A stretch of DNA of 64,000 nucleotides, from positions 384,001 through 448,000 of the forward strand of contig CAVSHR010000005.1 of NCBI GenBank assembly GCA_963727625.1. Reading direction: 5' to 3'. The notes beneath the pieces are model-generated. The model was not told the origin of the DNA, did no database searches, and saw only the letters and a program-made list of their open reading frames with translations. This DNA is from an uncultured delta proteobacterium (GTDB taxonomy: Bacteria; Desulfobacterota; Binatia; UBA9968). Positions 1 to 9,816 of the stretch are shown here, piece after piece. Made by a program: the position numbers and the translations under genes. Positions within the stretch are counted from its first letter, which is position 1, and each line of letters begins with the position of its first letter.

Positions 1-521
1 CCGAAGAACAGCACGATGACGCCGAAGCGCACCAGCGTGTTGCCGCCGAGAAAGAAATTCCACAGTGCCGACGGCTGTCTCGGCGGCGGGACAGGCGCGG
101 CAGACGCCGGTACCTGGTCGTTAGCAGCGCCTTCAAAGGGCGGCTCATCGGCCCGCGCCTCTGACGTTGGCGTAGAAAAATCGGAGGGCATCGTTGCCGG
201 CACAGAGAAGTCTTGGGCGCCTGCCGCTCCCGACGGCTCTGCGAACACCGGCTCGACGTAAGTCGGCTCCCGTGTCTCCTCTCGGGACGCCGCGTCGGTC
301 GCTGCGCGCGTCTGAAGCGCATTCTCCAGCACCGCAACTCGTTCTTGTAGAACCCGCACCGAAGCTTCGAGAACATGCAGCCTATCCACCTTCGGTGACG
401 AATCCTTTTTCTGCGACAGCGACCATCCCGCGAAGGCTCCGAACAACGCGCCCAACACGGCTCCCGACGCGCCGCCCACCGTGCCGATGATCGCGCCAAG
501 CATCAACCCGAGAAACCACAT
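1..521 (-). CDS. DUF2339-type predicted membrane protein, 5' part (runs off the window start)
   Basis: Not in the ORF track. ATG at 521 with GGAGG RBS. Reads MWFLGLMLGAIIG..., then a Pro/Ala-rich linker, then LWNFFLGGNTLVRFGVIVLFF, which is typical of DUF2339 proteins. Confidence 0.75.
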   Translation of the reverse strand, partial: MWFLGLMLGAIIGTVGGASGAVLGALFGAFAGWSLSQKKDSSPKVDRLHVLEASVRVLQERVAVLENALQTRAATDAASREETREPTYVEPVFAEPSGAAGAQDFSVPATMPSDFSTPTSEARADEPPFEGAANDQVPASAAPVPPPRQPSALWNFFLGGNTLVRFGVIVLFF

Positions 522-915
522 GGGTTACCTCCGCTCTCCGCACCGCGTGCTCTCACGGCACACCGAACGCACCGCCGTTGTTGGCGGCGCCGTAAAATTG
601 TACGATTTCGCTCTTGAGTAACACAAACCGGGCTTGCGAGACCAGTGTGAAATCTGCCGCGATCACGCGCCGTTGATCGGTGGGAAATCTGCAAGCTCAC
701 CGGGCCCCCTGTGGTGAAGCGTTGGCTCGTTCCACCGCTATCGATCCAGCCCGGCGTAGCTACCAGCCGGAGAAAAACCGAAGATCGGCCACCGAGTGGA
801 AGCGACCGTAAATTTAGGATATTTCTGGAATGCGCCAAGGGTCAGCGGACCAGCGGCTAGGCCCTTCGGCTTGTCGGTAGAGCTTTAACTGCACTGCCAT
901 TTGCGAGGAAACTTC

Positions 916-2064
916 GTGACCCTGCGGCCTTTTGATAACAGGCGCCCCTTGCGCTACCGCGTCGATCGCTTGATCCGTGACTTGATCATGCGCATCATCC
1001 GATGGCTTGCGCCGCGAGCCCAAGGGGTCGAACTCGATCCGCGCAACTCGTCCGTCAAACAAATCCTGCTGGTTCGAGCCAACTTCCGCATGGGCAACGC
1101 GCTACTCGCTTTACCCGCGATCGCCGCATTCCAGAGGCACTTCCCCGACGCCACTGTCGATTTTGTCGGCTCGCCGATTTCCCAGCTGTTGTTTCGTCAC
1201 CAGCCCTTGAACCGGCATTACATCGCGCCGCGCCGATTTCCCCGAGTGGTCTGGGAGTATCCGCGCCTGATGCACGAACTGCGCGCCAGGCACTACGATT
1301 TGGCGCTCGACGTGAGCTGTTCCCATTCGGGCGTCGGCTCTTTCATTGTCGGTTTTTCCGGAGCGCGCATCCGCGGTGGCATCGCCGGCAAGTGGGATCA
1401 GCTGTTCAATTTGAAAATCGCCAAGTTCGCCGAAAACAACAAATACCGCAAGATGACCGAACTGCTCACCGCCATGCATCTCCAAACCATCGACGCAGTC
1501 GGCGCCGTCCAATTCTCCGCCGCCGAAAAACTTGAAGGAGCCAAGACGCTCGAATCTCTCGTCGGCAACCGCAACGTACCGAGGGTGGGCGTGTTCGTCG
1601 GCGGGCGCAAGCTTCGCGGCAAACGTTGGCCGCTGGAAAATTTCGTCGAGGTCGCCAACGGCCTGCGTCGCCGCGGCGTCGCCGTCGTCGCTTTTTTCGG
1701 CCCGGAAGAAACTGACGTTGCCGGCTTGCTGCGGGCTTCTTTTGATCCGTCGATTCCAGTGATCTTCGAACCCTCGGTTAGAAAATTCGCGGCGATCCTT
1801 GCGCATCTCGATCTGCTCATCTGTTGCGACTCCGGCCCCATGCACCTCGCCTGCGCCGTCGGCGTGCGCGTGTTGGCGATCTTTCAAAAAAACAATGTCC
1901 TGCGCTGGGCGCCGCCGCCGAGCGCGGCGCGAACCGTCGCTGATACCAACGGCGCCAGCGCATCGATGGTATTGCAAGCCGCGCTTGAAGAGCTTTCCCT
2001 CGACGGCACCATCGGCGTTTCATCGGCCGGCCGGTTAAACGTACCCGCCGGCGCTCAACACTGA
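916..2064 (+). CDS. Glycosyltransferase family 9 (ADP-heptose:LPS heptosyltransferase-like)
   Basis: ILLVRANFRMGNALLALPAI N-terminal motif, KRWPLENF, and DSGPMHLACAVG signature. GTG start at 916 after GAGGA. Confidence 0.88.
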   Translation: MTLRPFDNRRPLRYRVDRLIRDLIMRIIRWLAPRAQGVELDPRNSSVKQILLVRANFRMGNALLALPAIAAFQRHFPDATVDFVGSPISQLLFRHQPLNRHYIAPRRFPRVVWEYPRLMHELRARHYDLALDVSCSHSGVGSFIVGFSGARIRGGIAGKWDQLFNLKIAKFAENNKYRKMTELLTAMHLQTIDAVGAVQFSAAEKLEGAKTLESLVGNRNVPRVGVFVGGRKLRGKRWPLENFVEVANGLRRRGVAVVAFFGPEETDVAGLLRASFDPSIPVIFEPSVRKFAAILAHLDLLICCDSGPMHLACAVGVRVLAIFQKNNVLRWAPPPSAARTVADTNGASASMVLQAALEELSLDGTIGVSSAGRLNVPAGAQH

Positions 2065-2204
2065 ATACGGACGTCAGTTCAAAAACAGCGCAAATTCTTG
2101 TCACCCTTCCCAGACTTTGGAATCGTTTTCCACCGTTTTCTACAAACTAAGAATCGATCCTCTCCGCCGCTGCAATTTCGCTTGAAAATTGCCGTTATAA
2201 CCTT

Positions 2205-2220
2205 TGGCGCACGGTTTGCT
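2205..2220 (+). promoter_or_regulatory. Putative sigma54 -24/-12 promoter
   Basis: TGGCGCACGGTTTGCT has exact GG-N10-GC spacing, about 45 nt upstream of the 2265 ATG. Confidence 0.5.
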
Positions 2221-2264
2221 TTTTCATCCGAAGCAATCGGCCACTAACTCAGTCGGGAGGAACC

Positions 2265-2522
2265 ATGAACAAACATTTGATTCAGGGCGTGATTGTCGGC
2301 GCGCTTTTCACCACGGTTATCACTTGGGTCGCGGCTTCAGACGCCTTGGCGGAAGGCGGATTCGCGTTGCTCGCATCCATCGTTTTCGGTCTGGCTGCGG
2401 GTATTTGCATCGGCGGATTGATCGCCGCGAACTTCGCGATGCTCGCTGTCGAAGAGCAGGAAGCGACGGAGACCCAGAAGGCCCGAGCGCACCGCCAGGT
2501 CACCGCGCACGCCCACGCTTGA
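2265..2522 (+). CDS. Small two-TM membrane protein, unknown function
   Basis: GGGAGG RBS, two hydrophobic Gly/Ala-rich helices, charged His-containing tail. Confidence 0.75.
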   Translation: MNKHLIQGVIVGALFTTVITWVAASDALAEGGFALLASIVFGLAAGICIGGLIAANFAMLAVEEQEATETQKARAHRQVTAHAHA

Positions 2523-2569
2523 GCAGACGGCGCCCGGAAACCAGTGACGTTCCCGCGCGCCATGACCTT

Positions 2570-2612
2570 ACCGCCTCACCGCAAAAATCTCGGTGCGGCG
2601 GTTCTTTCCTAT
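2570..2612 (+). terminator. Possible intrinsic terminator
   Basis: accgcc-tcaccg ... cggtg-cggcggt imperfect stem followed by tctttcctatt. Confidence 0.4.
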
Positions 2613-2943
2613 TCGATCCTGCGCTCGTGCCCCGGCACCGCTTGAGTTGCACCTCAAGGCGACGTCAGATTATTTTCGTTGGCCAATTTCTCAAGCCGTT
2701 CTCCATATCACCGATCATCAAAGGCGGCGTCCGCGTCATTGATCCTCGGTGAAGTTTCAGTCATCGCCGCTCCGCCCGACATAACCCACAAAACCCAAGT
2801 ATGTTGATCTCGCGACGCGCGGACCTGCGCCTCCAGGAATCTCCGAGACCGGGGTGACTCGAGTTACGAAAATGGAGTAAAATGAGGGCTGGTCGTAGCA
2901 CCGGCTGGGTTGCAACCAGAAAAGATTGGAAGAGGTCATTATA

Positions 2944-3633
2944 ATGCGCGCTTTTTTCACTCTCAGGTGTTTAATGTTTTCCGCCATCCTGCTCGCACTC
3001 CCGCACTCCCATGCCGACGGCGCGGAATCTTCGACGGCGCTAACCGCCCGTGAAAGCGGCGTCGGTCTCTACGCCCAACAAGACGCTGAAACCGCGCCCA
3101 TCCGCAAACTGGACAAGGGCGACGAGCTCTTCCCCATGGTCGAAGCGGTCGGCCGAGAGACCTGGTACATGGTACGCACCAAGCAAGGTCAGATCGGTTG
3201 GGTGCGCGGCACCGACGTCGTCATCAGTAATCAAACCAGGAACGCATTTAAGGAAAATCCATACGGCTCGTCGACCTGGTCGGCGCGCACCGCGGACGGC
3301 CGCATCTTCAGCGGCACTTGGAGCATCACACCGAGCACGACGAGCAGCACCGCCTCAGGCGGTTGGACGTTGAGCAATAACAGCGGCGCTACCGTGATGC
3401 GCGGCACATGGTCCGCCGATAAGCACTCGACCGGATGGAACGGAGTCTGGCATGCCGCCGTCGAAGGCCGTGACGCGGAACTCAGCGGCAGTTGGTCCGC
3501 CGAACTCCCCTACATGCGCAACGCGCGCTTTGCCGAGATGTTCGAAGCCGCCGCCAAAGAGGCGTTGAGCGGTCTATGGACCGGTGCCAGTGAATCCGGA
3601 AGCTGGTCGATACGTTACGTGATGCCGCAATAA
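2944..3633 (+). CDS. Secreted SH3b-domain protein with a C-terminal Trp-repeat beta domain
   Basis: Signal peptide (LMFSAILLALPHSHA), SH3b motif WYMVRTKQGQIGWV, repeated xGxW strands. Confidence 0.75.
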   Translation: MRAFFTLRCLMFSAILLALPHSHADGAESSTALTARESGVGLYAQQDAETAPIRKLDKGDELFPMVEAVGRETWYMVRTKQGQIGWVRGTDVVISNQTRNAFKENPYGSSTWSARTADGRIFSGTWSITPSTTSSTASGGWTLSNNSGATVMRGTWSADKHSTGWNGVWHAAVEGRDAELSGSWSAELPYMRNARFAEMFEAAAKEALSGLWTGASESGSWSIRYVMPQ

Positions 3634-3743
3634 CGTCCTGCGTCAAGTAATTGATCGCTGCGCCGAATTTTTCGAATGAGCTTTTGCCAAACTATCCGGG
3701 CGCGTGGGTCCGCTTCGGACCGGCATAGCAGATCCAACTTTTT

Positions 3744-3772
3744 TTCGCAGAGCCGAAGAGCTGTGTTATACT
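3744..3772 (+). promoter_or_regulatory. Putative sigma70 extended -10 promoter of the MoxR operon
   Basis: TTCGCA, 17-nt spacer ending in TGT, then TATACT. Confidence 0.45.
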
Positions 3773-3901
3773 CCGCGGCCATGCATCAGAGGAAATCGAC
3801 GGTCAATCAACAACGACTCGGCCGCAAGCAGCGATTGGAAATACCCACCGGCTGAGCTGTCGTAGTACAGATTCCAGCCGCGCAAAGGGACCAAACAATC
3901 C

Positions 3902-4726
3902 ATGGATGCTGCCGACGCTCCCCGATTCGAGCCGATGACTACAGGCGCGCTGCTCGACCACGCGTTCCGCCTCTACACCGGCAACTTTCCCCTTATGCTC
4001 GGCATCACCGCCGGCGCCTATGTGCCGTTTTACTTGATCATGCTCGCCCTCGAGTCCGGCATCGGCGGCAAATTACAATCCCGGGTCGGCGGCCTGTCGG
4101 CGCTGCTCTTCCAAGTAATCTTCATGATCTTCTGGGCGAGCATCGCCTTTCCCATCGCCAGCGGCGCGACCACCTACGCCATCAGCGAGCGGTATCTTGG
4201 CAATGAGGTCACCATCGGCGACGCTTTGCGCCGCGGCCTGAGCCATTTCTGGGCGCTCTCGATCGCCCAGATCACCGCTACAATCCGCGTGCTCATCGGT
4301 TTTCTTCTGTTGATCGTGCCCGGAATCCTGTGGATGCTTTCTTACTCATTGATCGTGCCGGCGATTCTCATCGAAGGACAGCGGGCGCTTCCCAGTCTGC
4401 GACGAAGTCGCGACCTGGTGCGGGGTCACCGCGGCAAGGTTTTTGGGGTCTTACTGATCGTCAATCTGCTCCAGGCGGTTTTGGCCGGCGGTGTCGGCAT
4501 GATTTCCAACTTGTTTTTCAGCGCGGCTTCGGGAAGCGCCGAGATCCTCAGCTCGGCGCTGGGCAATCTGCTGTCGATCTTTCTCACCCCGCTCGGTATC
4601 ATCGCGGCGATTCTGCTCTACTACGACATGCGCATCCGCAAGGAAGGATTCGACCTGGAGATGCTCAACCACGCGCTCACGAAGGAAAACCAGAGCACCG
4701 CTGCAGCGCCTTCAGCGAGCCGCTGA
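3902..4726 (+). CDS. Integral membrane protein (glycerophosphodiesterase membrane-domain-like), first gene of the MoxR operon
   Basis: PMTTGALLDHAFRLY start, about 6 TMs, ALPSLRRSRDLVRG and LLYYDMRIRKEGFDLE C-terminal motif. Confidence 0.8.
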   Translation: MDAADAPRFEPMTTGALLDHAFRLYTGNFPLMLGITAGAYVPFYLIMLALESGIGGKLQSRVGGLSALLFQVIFMIFWASIAFPIASGATTYAISERYLGNEVTIGDALRRGLSHFWALSIAQITATIRVLIGFLLLIVPGILWMLSYSLIVPAILIEGQRALPSLRRSRDLVRGHRGKVFGVLLIVNLLQAVLAGGVGMISNLFFSAASGSAEILSSALGNLLSIFLTPLGIIAAILLYYDMRIRKEGFDLEMLNHALTKENQSTAAAPSASR

Positions 4727-4729
4727 TCT

Positions 4730-5389
4730 TTGATGGCCGCCTTGCAAGTCAATCCCATTCCGCCCCCGGAGAAAATCCGCGAGGCCACTCGGCAAATCCT
4801 CGATCGCCCCGAATTCGCCGAGCCGTCGCGCTGGTACCGAAGCGTGAACGACATACTGAACGCGATCAAAGAATGGCTCGACCGGCTGGGCAACTGGTCC
4901 GAGGCCCATCCCGATCTTGCCCGTGTGCTGTTTATCATCGCGCTCGTGATTCTGCTCGCTTGCCTCACTCATCTGCTCTATCTCGCCCTCGCCGACGTGT
5001 TGCCGTTTAGGCGCAAGCAAGACAGAGAAGCCGCGCGCCCGGCGCGCTGGGAGATTTTACAGGGGGCGGCAACCAACTGGCGCGAGGCTCTCGAGCTCGC
5101 CCGCGCCATGGTCAACGAAGGCAATTCGCGCCGGGCCGTCTGGATCGCCCATCGCGTTCTGCTCGGCCTGTTGGATCAACAGGGCGCGGTGAAGTTCGCC
5201 GGTTGGAAAACCAATTCGCAGTATCTTGGCGAATGCGCGCGCGATCATCCCTGGCGCCCAGCCTTCGCGGAACTGACGGAGCTTTACGAGCAAGCCGTGT
5301 ACGCGAGCCGGCAAATCTCCGCCGACGCGGCGGCGCAATGGGTTGCGCGCGTCGGCCGGTTTTGCCTCGAGACGGGAATCATCCGATGA
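4730..5389 (+). CDS. DUF4129 domain protein
   Basis: One TM, then KTNSQYL ... FAELTELYEQAVY motif; operon context. ATG at 4733 is an alternative start. Confidence 0.75.
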   Translation: MMAALQVNPIPPPEKIREATRQILDRPEFAEPSRWYRSVNDILNAIKEWLDRLGNWSEAHPDLARVLFIIALVILLACLTHLLYLALADVLPFRRKQDREAARPARWEILQGAATNWREALELARAMVNEGNSRRAVWIAHRVLLGLLDQQGAVKFAGWKTNSQYLGECARDHPWRPAFAELTELYEQAVYASRQISADAAAQWVARVGRFCLETGIIR

Positions 5390-6633
5390 CCTCGCAGACA
5401 CAAAATCGCTTGACGGCCGCGATGGCGACCGGCATTTTTCTGGTGCTCTCGCTGTTGCTGGCGAGCCTCTCCAGCCAGCGAAGCACTGATGACCTGCTGC
5501 GCCGTCCTTCGACCTTTTTTACCGACCCGAGCGGCTCGCGCGCTTTATTTCTGGTCATGAAGCAGTTTCTTCCGAAAGTGGCACAATGGCGCCGGCCGCT
5601 CTATTTACTGCCGTTGCCCAACAGCCCGGACGAACCAAGCACGCTAATCGTGGCCGGGCCGGCGCGGCCGATTTCCGCCCATGAAGCCGGCTCCCTCCAC
5701 GGTTGGCTCGCCTCCGGCGGCCAGCTCATTTTGCTCAATGACAGCGGCTGGCCCCTGGGGCAGCCTTCAACGAGCTATGACGCCCCGTCAAAAAAGGACT
5801 CGCGCGCGTCGAAGGATCGCGACGACAAGCTCGCCGCGACGTTTTTGTCGCGCTACGCGCCGGGCTTGCGCTGGACTAAAGCAGTCCGTACCCGGGCCGG
5901 GCGCGCCATCGGCTCATCGCTCTCCACCCAAGAGCTCACTCTCCACTGGCGGCGCAGTTTCAGCGCCACCGGCGGCGCCAAGGTCGTCGCCGCCATCAAC
6001 AATGCCAGTCTCGCCGTTGAGTTGCCGGTGGGCCGGGGACGCATCATCGCTGTCGCCGATCCCGCGATGGTCAGCAACGGCGCGCTGCGCCGCTCGGACA
6101 ACGCGGTGTGGCTGGTTGATCTGGCCGCCGGCTGGGGCAACGGCAACACGTTTTTCGACGAATATCATCTCGGCTTCGGCCAAAAACGCAGCACCGTTGA
6201 ATTGACCCGCGCCTTTCTCATGACCCCCTGGGGCTGGTGCGTTTTGCAACTCGCCGCGGCGGGACTGCTTTACCTATTCGCCTACCGGCGCCGCTTTGGC
6301 CGGATCCGAGAGCCGCCGCCGTCTAATCGCGCCAGCCCGCTGGAGCTGCTCGACGCCCGCGCCGGAGTGTTCCGGGCCGCGGCGGCGCGAGCGCTGTCGG
6401 CGGAATTGATCGTGCAGCATCTTTGTCAGAATCTCACCAAGAGTCACGGCAAAACCATAGATACCGTCAATTTGAGCCGAGAGCTGGCAATCATGGCAAA
6501 AACTCGCGGCGCCGTCGCGGCAACGCTTCAAGGATTGTTCGGTAAAGTGCAAAATGGCCAGCGTCTGAGCGACCGTGAGTTTATCGAGCTCGGCCGCAGC
6601 GCGGGCGAAATCAGCAGAGGACCGAAACCATGA
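5386..6633 (+). CDS. DUF4350 domain membrane protein
   Basis: ATGA overlap with the upstream gene. STFFTDPSGSRALF, GRGRIIAVADP, FFDEYHLG, RRFGRIR motifs. Confidence 0.8.
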   Translation: MTSQTQNRLTAAMATGIFLVLSLLLASLSSQRSTDDLLRRPSTFFTDPSGSRALFLVMKQFLPKVAQWRRPLYLLPLPNSPDEPSTLIVAGPARPISAHEAGSLHGWLASGGQLILLNDSGWPLGQPSTSYDAPSKKDSRASKDRDDKLAATFLSRYAPGLRWTKAVRTRAGRAIGSSLSTQELTLHWRRSFSATGGAKVVAAINNASLAVELPVGRGRIIAVADPAMVSNGALRRSDNAVWLVDLAAGWGNGNTFFDEYHLGFGQKRSTVELTRAFLMTPWGWCVLQLAAAGLLYLFAYRRRFGRIREPPPSNRASPLELLDARAGVFRAAAARALSAELIVQHLCQNLTKSHGKTIDTVNLSRELAIMAKTRGAVAATLQGLFGKVQNGQRLSDREFIELGRSAGEISRGPKP

Positions 6634-7598
6634 CTGAAAACAAAATATCCAAGGACGTGCTGGGCATCGGCCGCGCCGTGCAGAGCGAGCTGCAAAAAGT
6701 GATTTGCGGCCAAGCGCCGGCGATTCAGAGCCTGCTCGTCGCCGTCACCGCTGGCGGCCATGTGCTCATCGAAGGCGTACCGGGAGTCGCCAAAACGCTC
6801 TTGGCCCGCAGCCTCGCTGCCGCGCTGCGCTGTCGCTTTGGGCGTATCCAGTTTACGCCGGATCTGATGCCGTCGGACATCACCGGGGTCAACGTCTTCG
6901 ATACGGCGACGCATCAGTTCAGCTTCCGAGCCGGCCCGCTGTTTGCCGACATCGTGCTGGCCGATGAAATCAATCGCGCCCCGGCCAAGACCCAAGCGGC
7001 GCTGCTTGAGGCGATGCAAGAATCTCAGGTGAGCATCGACGGCGAAAGTCGCGCCCTGTCGCGCTGCTTTACCGTGCTTGCCACCCAGAACCCGATCGAA
7101 TACGAAGGCACCTACCCGCTGCCCGAGGCGCAACTGGATCGTTTTCTCATGAAAGTGATCGTCGATTATCCCGGTGAAGACGACGAACGGACCATGCTAA
7201 AAACCATGCAGGCGCTCGGCGACAAGGCAGCGCAGCCTTACAGCATCATCGAGCCAGTGATCGGTCCCGAGGAAATAATCCGATTGCGCGCGGCGGCCAA
7301 CGCGGTCCGGGTCGATGACACCGTGCTGGAATATGCGCTGAGGCTCATCCGCCAGTCGCGCGGCTTTGCCAGCTTCGCCCTCGGTGCCAGCCCGCGCGCC
7401 GCGATCATGCTGCTGCAAGCCGCAAGGGCTCTCGCCCTGCTGCGCGGCAACGACTACGTCACGCCGGATGAGATTCAGCTCATGGCTCCGCCCGTTCTGC
7501 GCCATCGGGTTCGCCTAACGCCGGAAGCCGAGATCGAGGGACTGACGCCCGACAGCTGCATCCAGGCGCTGCTCGCGCAAGTCGACGTGCCCCGATGA
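6630..7598 (+). CDS. moxR: MoxR-family AAA+ ATPase
   Basis: GVPGVAKT Walker A, RIQFTPDLMPSDITG, LADEINRAPAKTQAALLEAM, GTYPLPEAQLDRF. Confidence 0.95.
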   Translation: MTENKISKDVLGIGRAVQSELQKVICGQAPAIQSLLVAVTAGGHVLIEGVPGVAKTLLARSLAAALRCRFGRIQFTPDLMPSDITGVNVFDTATHQFSFRAGPLFADIVLADEINRAPAKTQAALLEAMQESQVSIDGESRALSRCFTVLATQNPIEYEGTYPLPEAQLDRFLMKVIVDYPGEDDERTMLKTMQALGDKAAQPYSIIEPVIGPEEIIRLRAAANAVRVDDTVLEYALRLIRQSRGFASFALGASPRAAIMLLQAARALALLRGNDYVTPDEIQLMAPPVLRHRVRLTPEAEIEGLTPDSCIQALLAQVDVPR

Positions 7599-7605
7599 CA
7601 AAGGC

Positions 7606-8934
7606 ATGACGCGATTGTTTTCACTGCTACCGACACTGCGCTTGCTCCGCCTGCTCGCGCTGGGCGCGCCGCTCTGGCTTTTAGCATTGCTGATCCCAGC
7701 CGGCTGGCTAGCCGGCCTGTTCTATCTTCTGCTAATCATCGCGCTTTGTTGGCGCGACGCCGGCACCATCCCGTCGGCCGCCAAGCTGTCGGCGCAGCGC
7801 CGGTTGCCGCCGCGCTTCGCCCTCGACGTCGAGCAGCCGATCGAGCTCGTGATAAAAAGTTTCGCCGCGCGGGCGATTCAGATCGCCGCGCGCGATGAAG
7901 CGCCGGAGGTTTTCGAAGTACGGGCCGATTGGCCGCCGGTGACCATCCCACCGGGCGGCGAGGCGCGCTTGAGCTATAGCGTAAGGCCGCTCCGGCGAGG
8001 CGCCCATCGCTTCGGTGCGATTATTCTGCGTGTGCAAGGAGAACGGGGCTTGATCCAGAAGCAGCTGTCGCTCAGCGCCACCGACAACGCCAAGGTCTAT
8101 CCCAATGTCCGCGGCGCGGATCAATATCAGCTGCTGGCACAAATCGACCAGCGCGACGAGGTCGTGCGCAAGCCGCGCCGGTTCAAAGCCGCCGGCACCG
8201 ACTTCGAAAGCCTGCGGCAATACATTCCCGGCGAAGATCCGCGCAACATCGACTGGAAGGCGACGGCGCGGCGCGGCGCGCCGATCAGCCGCAACAAACA
8301 GGTGGAAAGAGGCCAACAGCTCGCCGTCCTGTTGGATGCCGGACGGCTGATGGCCGAGACCGTCGGCAAGTATTCCAAGCTCGAGCATGCGCTCAACGCA
8401 GCGGTCATGCTTAGCTATGTCGTGCAGAAGCGCGGCGACGCCCTTTCGGTGGCGTCGTTTTCCAACAAGATCGAATCGTTCCTGCCGACGCTGCGCGGCT
8501 CGGCATTGATGCCGCGCGTCCTGGAGTCGCTCTACGCGGTCCAGGTGCGGCCGGTGGAGTCGGACTATTGGCAGGCGATCGCCCAGGTGATGACCCTGCT
8601 CAACCGGCGCAGTCTGGTGATCTTGATCACCGATGTCCTGGATGCCTCGGCGAGTGCGGGCTTGATCAATAATCTCTCCCGCGCCGCGGAAAAGCATCTG
8701 GTGCTTTGCGTCGTGCTCAGCGAACCAACGATCGCCGAGATCGCCCGCTCGATTCCGACCACGGTGGAAGAAACCTATCGCAAGGCCGCCGCGTGCGATC
8801 AGCTGCGCCGCCGTCGGCTTGCGCTGGAGAGCATGCGCGCGCGGGGAATTTTAGTCCTCGAGACCGACCCGGCGCACTTGAGTGTGCACCTGGTCAAGCG
8901 TTATTTGGAAATTCGCCAGGCGAACCTGCAATAA
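7606..8934 (+). CDS. DUF58 (vWA-associated) protein
   Basis: GTDFESLRQYIPGEDPRNIDWKATAR motif, LLDAGRLM, N-terminal TMs. Confidence 0.92.
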   Translation: MTRLFSLLPTLRLLRLLALGAPLWLLALLIPAGWLAGLFYLLLIIALCWRDAGTIPSAAKLSAQRRLPPRFALDVEQPIELVIKSFAARAIQIAARDEAPEVFEVRADWPPVTIPPGGEARLSYSVRPLRRGAHRFGAIILRVQGERGLIQKQLSLSATDNAKVYPNVRGADQYQLLAQIDQRDEVVRKPRRFKAAGTDFESLRQYIPGEDPRNIDWKATARRGAPISRNKQVERGQQLAVLLDAGRLMAETVGKYSKLEHALNAAVMLSYVVQKRGDALSVASFSNKIESFLPTLRGSALMPRVLESLYAVQVRPVESDYWQAIAQVMTLLNRRSLVILITDVLDASASAGLINNLSRAAEKHLVLCVVLSEPTIAEIARSIPTTVEETYRKAAACDQLRRRRLALESMRARGILVLETDPAHLSVHLVKRYLEIRQANLQ

Positions 8935-8936
8935 GA

Positions 8937-9803
8937 ATGGAAGAACGAGTTCACATTTCTACTCCGGATCACGTCAGCCTCGAGTTTGAACTCGCCGGAC
9001 CAGGCTCGCGTTTCTCCGCCTACGCGATCGATTTTCTCTTTAATATTTTGTTGATCGTCGTCATCGTTTTAGCGGTTTATGCCAGCGGCGCCGTTGTCAC
9101 GTTGAGATCGCTCATGGGCGTGGCGCGGGGCAGCTCCTGGAGCGCGTCTTGGATCTTGGCCCTGCTGGTTTTGATCATTTTTTTGATCAACTGGGGCTAC
9201 TACGTTTTTTTCGAAGGTTTGGGCAAAGGCTCGACACCGGGGAAAAAACGCATGGGCATTCGCGTCATCCGCCAGGACGGACTACCGATCGGGTTGCGCG
9301 AAGCGGCGCTGCGCAATCTGGTGCGTGCCGCCGACATGCTGCCGCCGCCCAGTTATATTTTGGGCGGATTGGTGATGCACTTCGATCCGCAAGGCCGCCG
9401 GCTCGGTGACATGGTGGCGGGCACCTACGTGGTCGTCGAGAAATTCGATATCGCCGCGCAGGGCGTCAGCGGCGCGGCCTGGGCCAAGCGCGTCGAGCAG
9501 GGTCGCTCGCGCCAGGCGCTCACCTTACCGCGCGGCACGATCTCGGCGCAGCAATTGGCGTTGATCGAGCAGTTCCTCGCTCGCAGCCGCGAGCTGTCGC
9601 TCGACCGGCGCGCGCAGCTGGTCTGGCAGATCACCGAGCCGTTGCTGGCGCTTCTCGGCGAAGATCATGCCAGCCTGGCGCGCAGCGCCGAGCGCACCGA
9701 GCGCTGCGAGCGTTTGCTCTTGCAAATCCTCGATTTCGCTAAAGCAAAAGTGCCGGCGTCTGCCGTGGCGCCTAAGACACCGCAAGCAACACCGTTGTTT
9801 TGA
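8937..9803 (+). CDS. RDD family protein
   Basis: ISTPDHVSLEFELAGPGSRFSAYAID, GSTPGKKRMGIRV, RRLGDMVAGTYVV. The real start is ATG 8937. Confidence 0.92.
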   Translation: MEERVHISTPDHVSLEFELAGPGSRFSAYAIDFLFNILLIVVIVLAVYASGAVVTLRSLMGVARGSSWSASWILALLVLIIFLINWGYYVFFEGLGKGSTPGKKRMGIRVIRQDGLPIGLREAALRNLVRAADMLPPPSYILGGLVMHFDPQGRRLGDMVAGTYVVVEKFDIAAQGVSGAAWAKRVEQGRSRQALTLPRGTISAQQLALIEQFLARSRELSLDRRAQLVWQITEPLLALLGEDHASLARSAERTERCERLLLQILDFAKAKVPASAVAPKTPQATPLF

Positions 9804-9816
9804 ACGAACTAAAGTG

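Noticed and set aside
7732-8697. 321-aa minus-strand ORF
   Set aside because: Antisense to the DUF58 gene.
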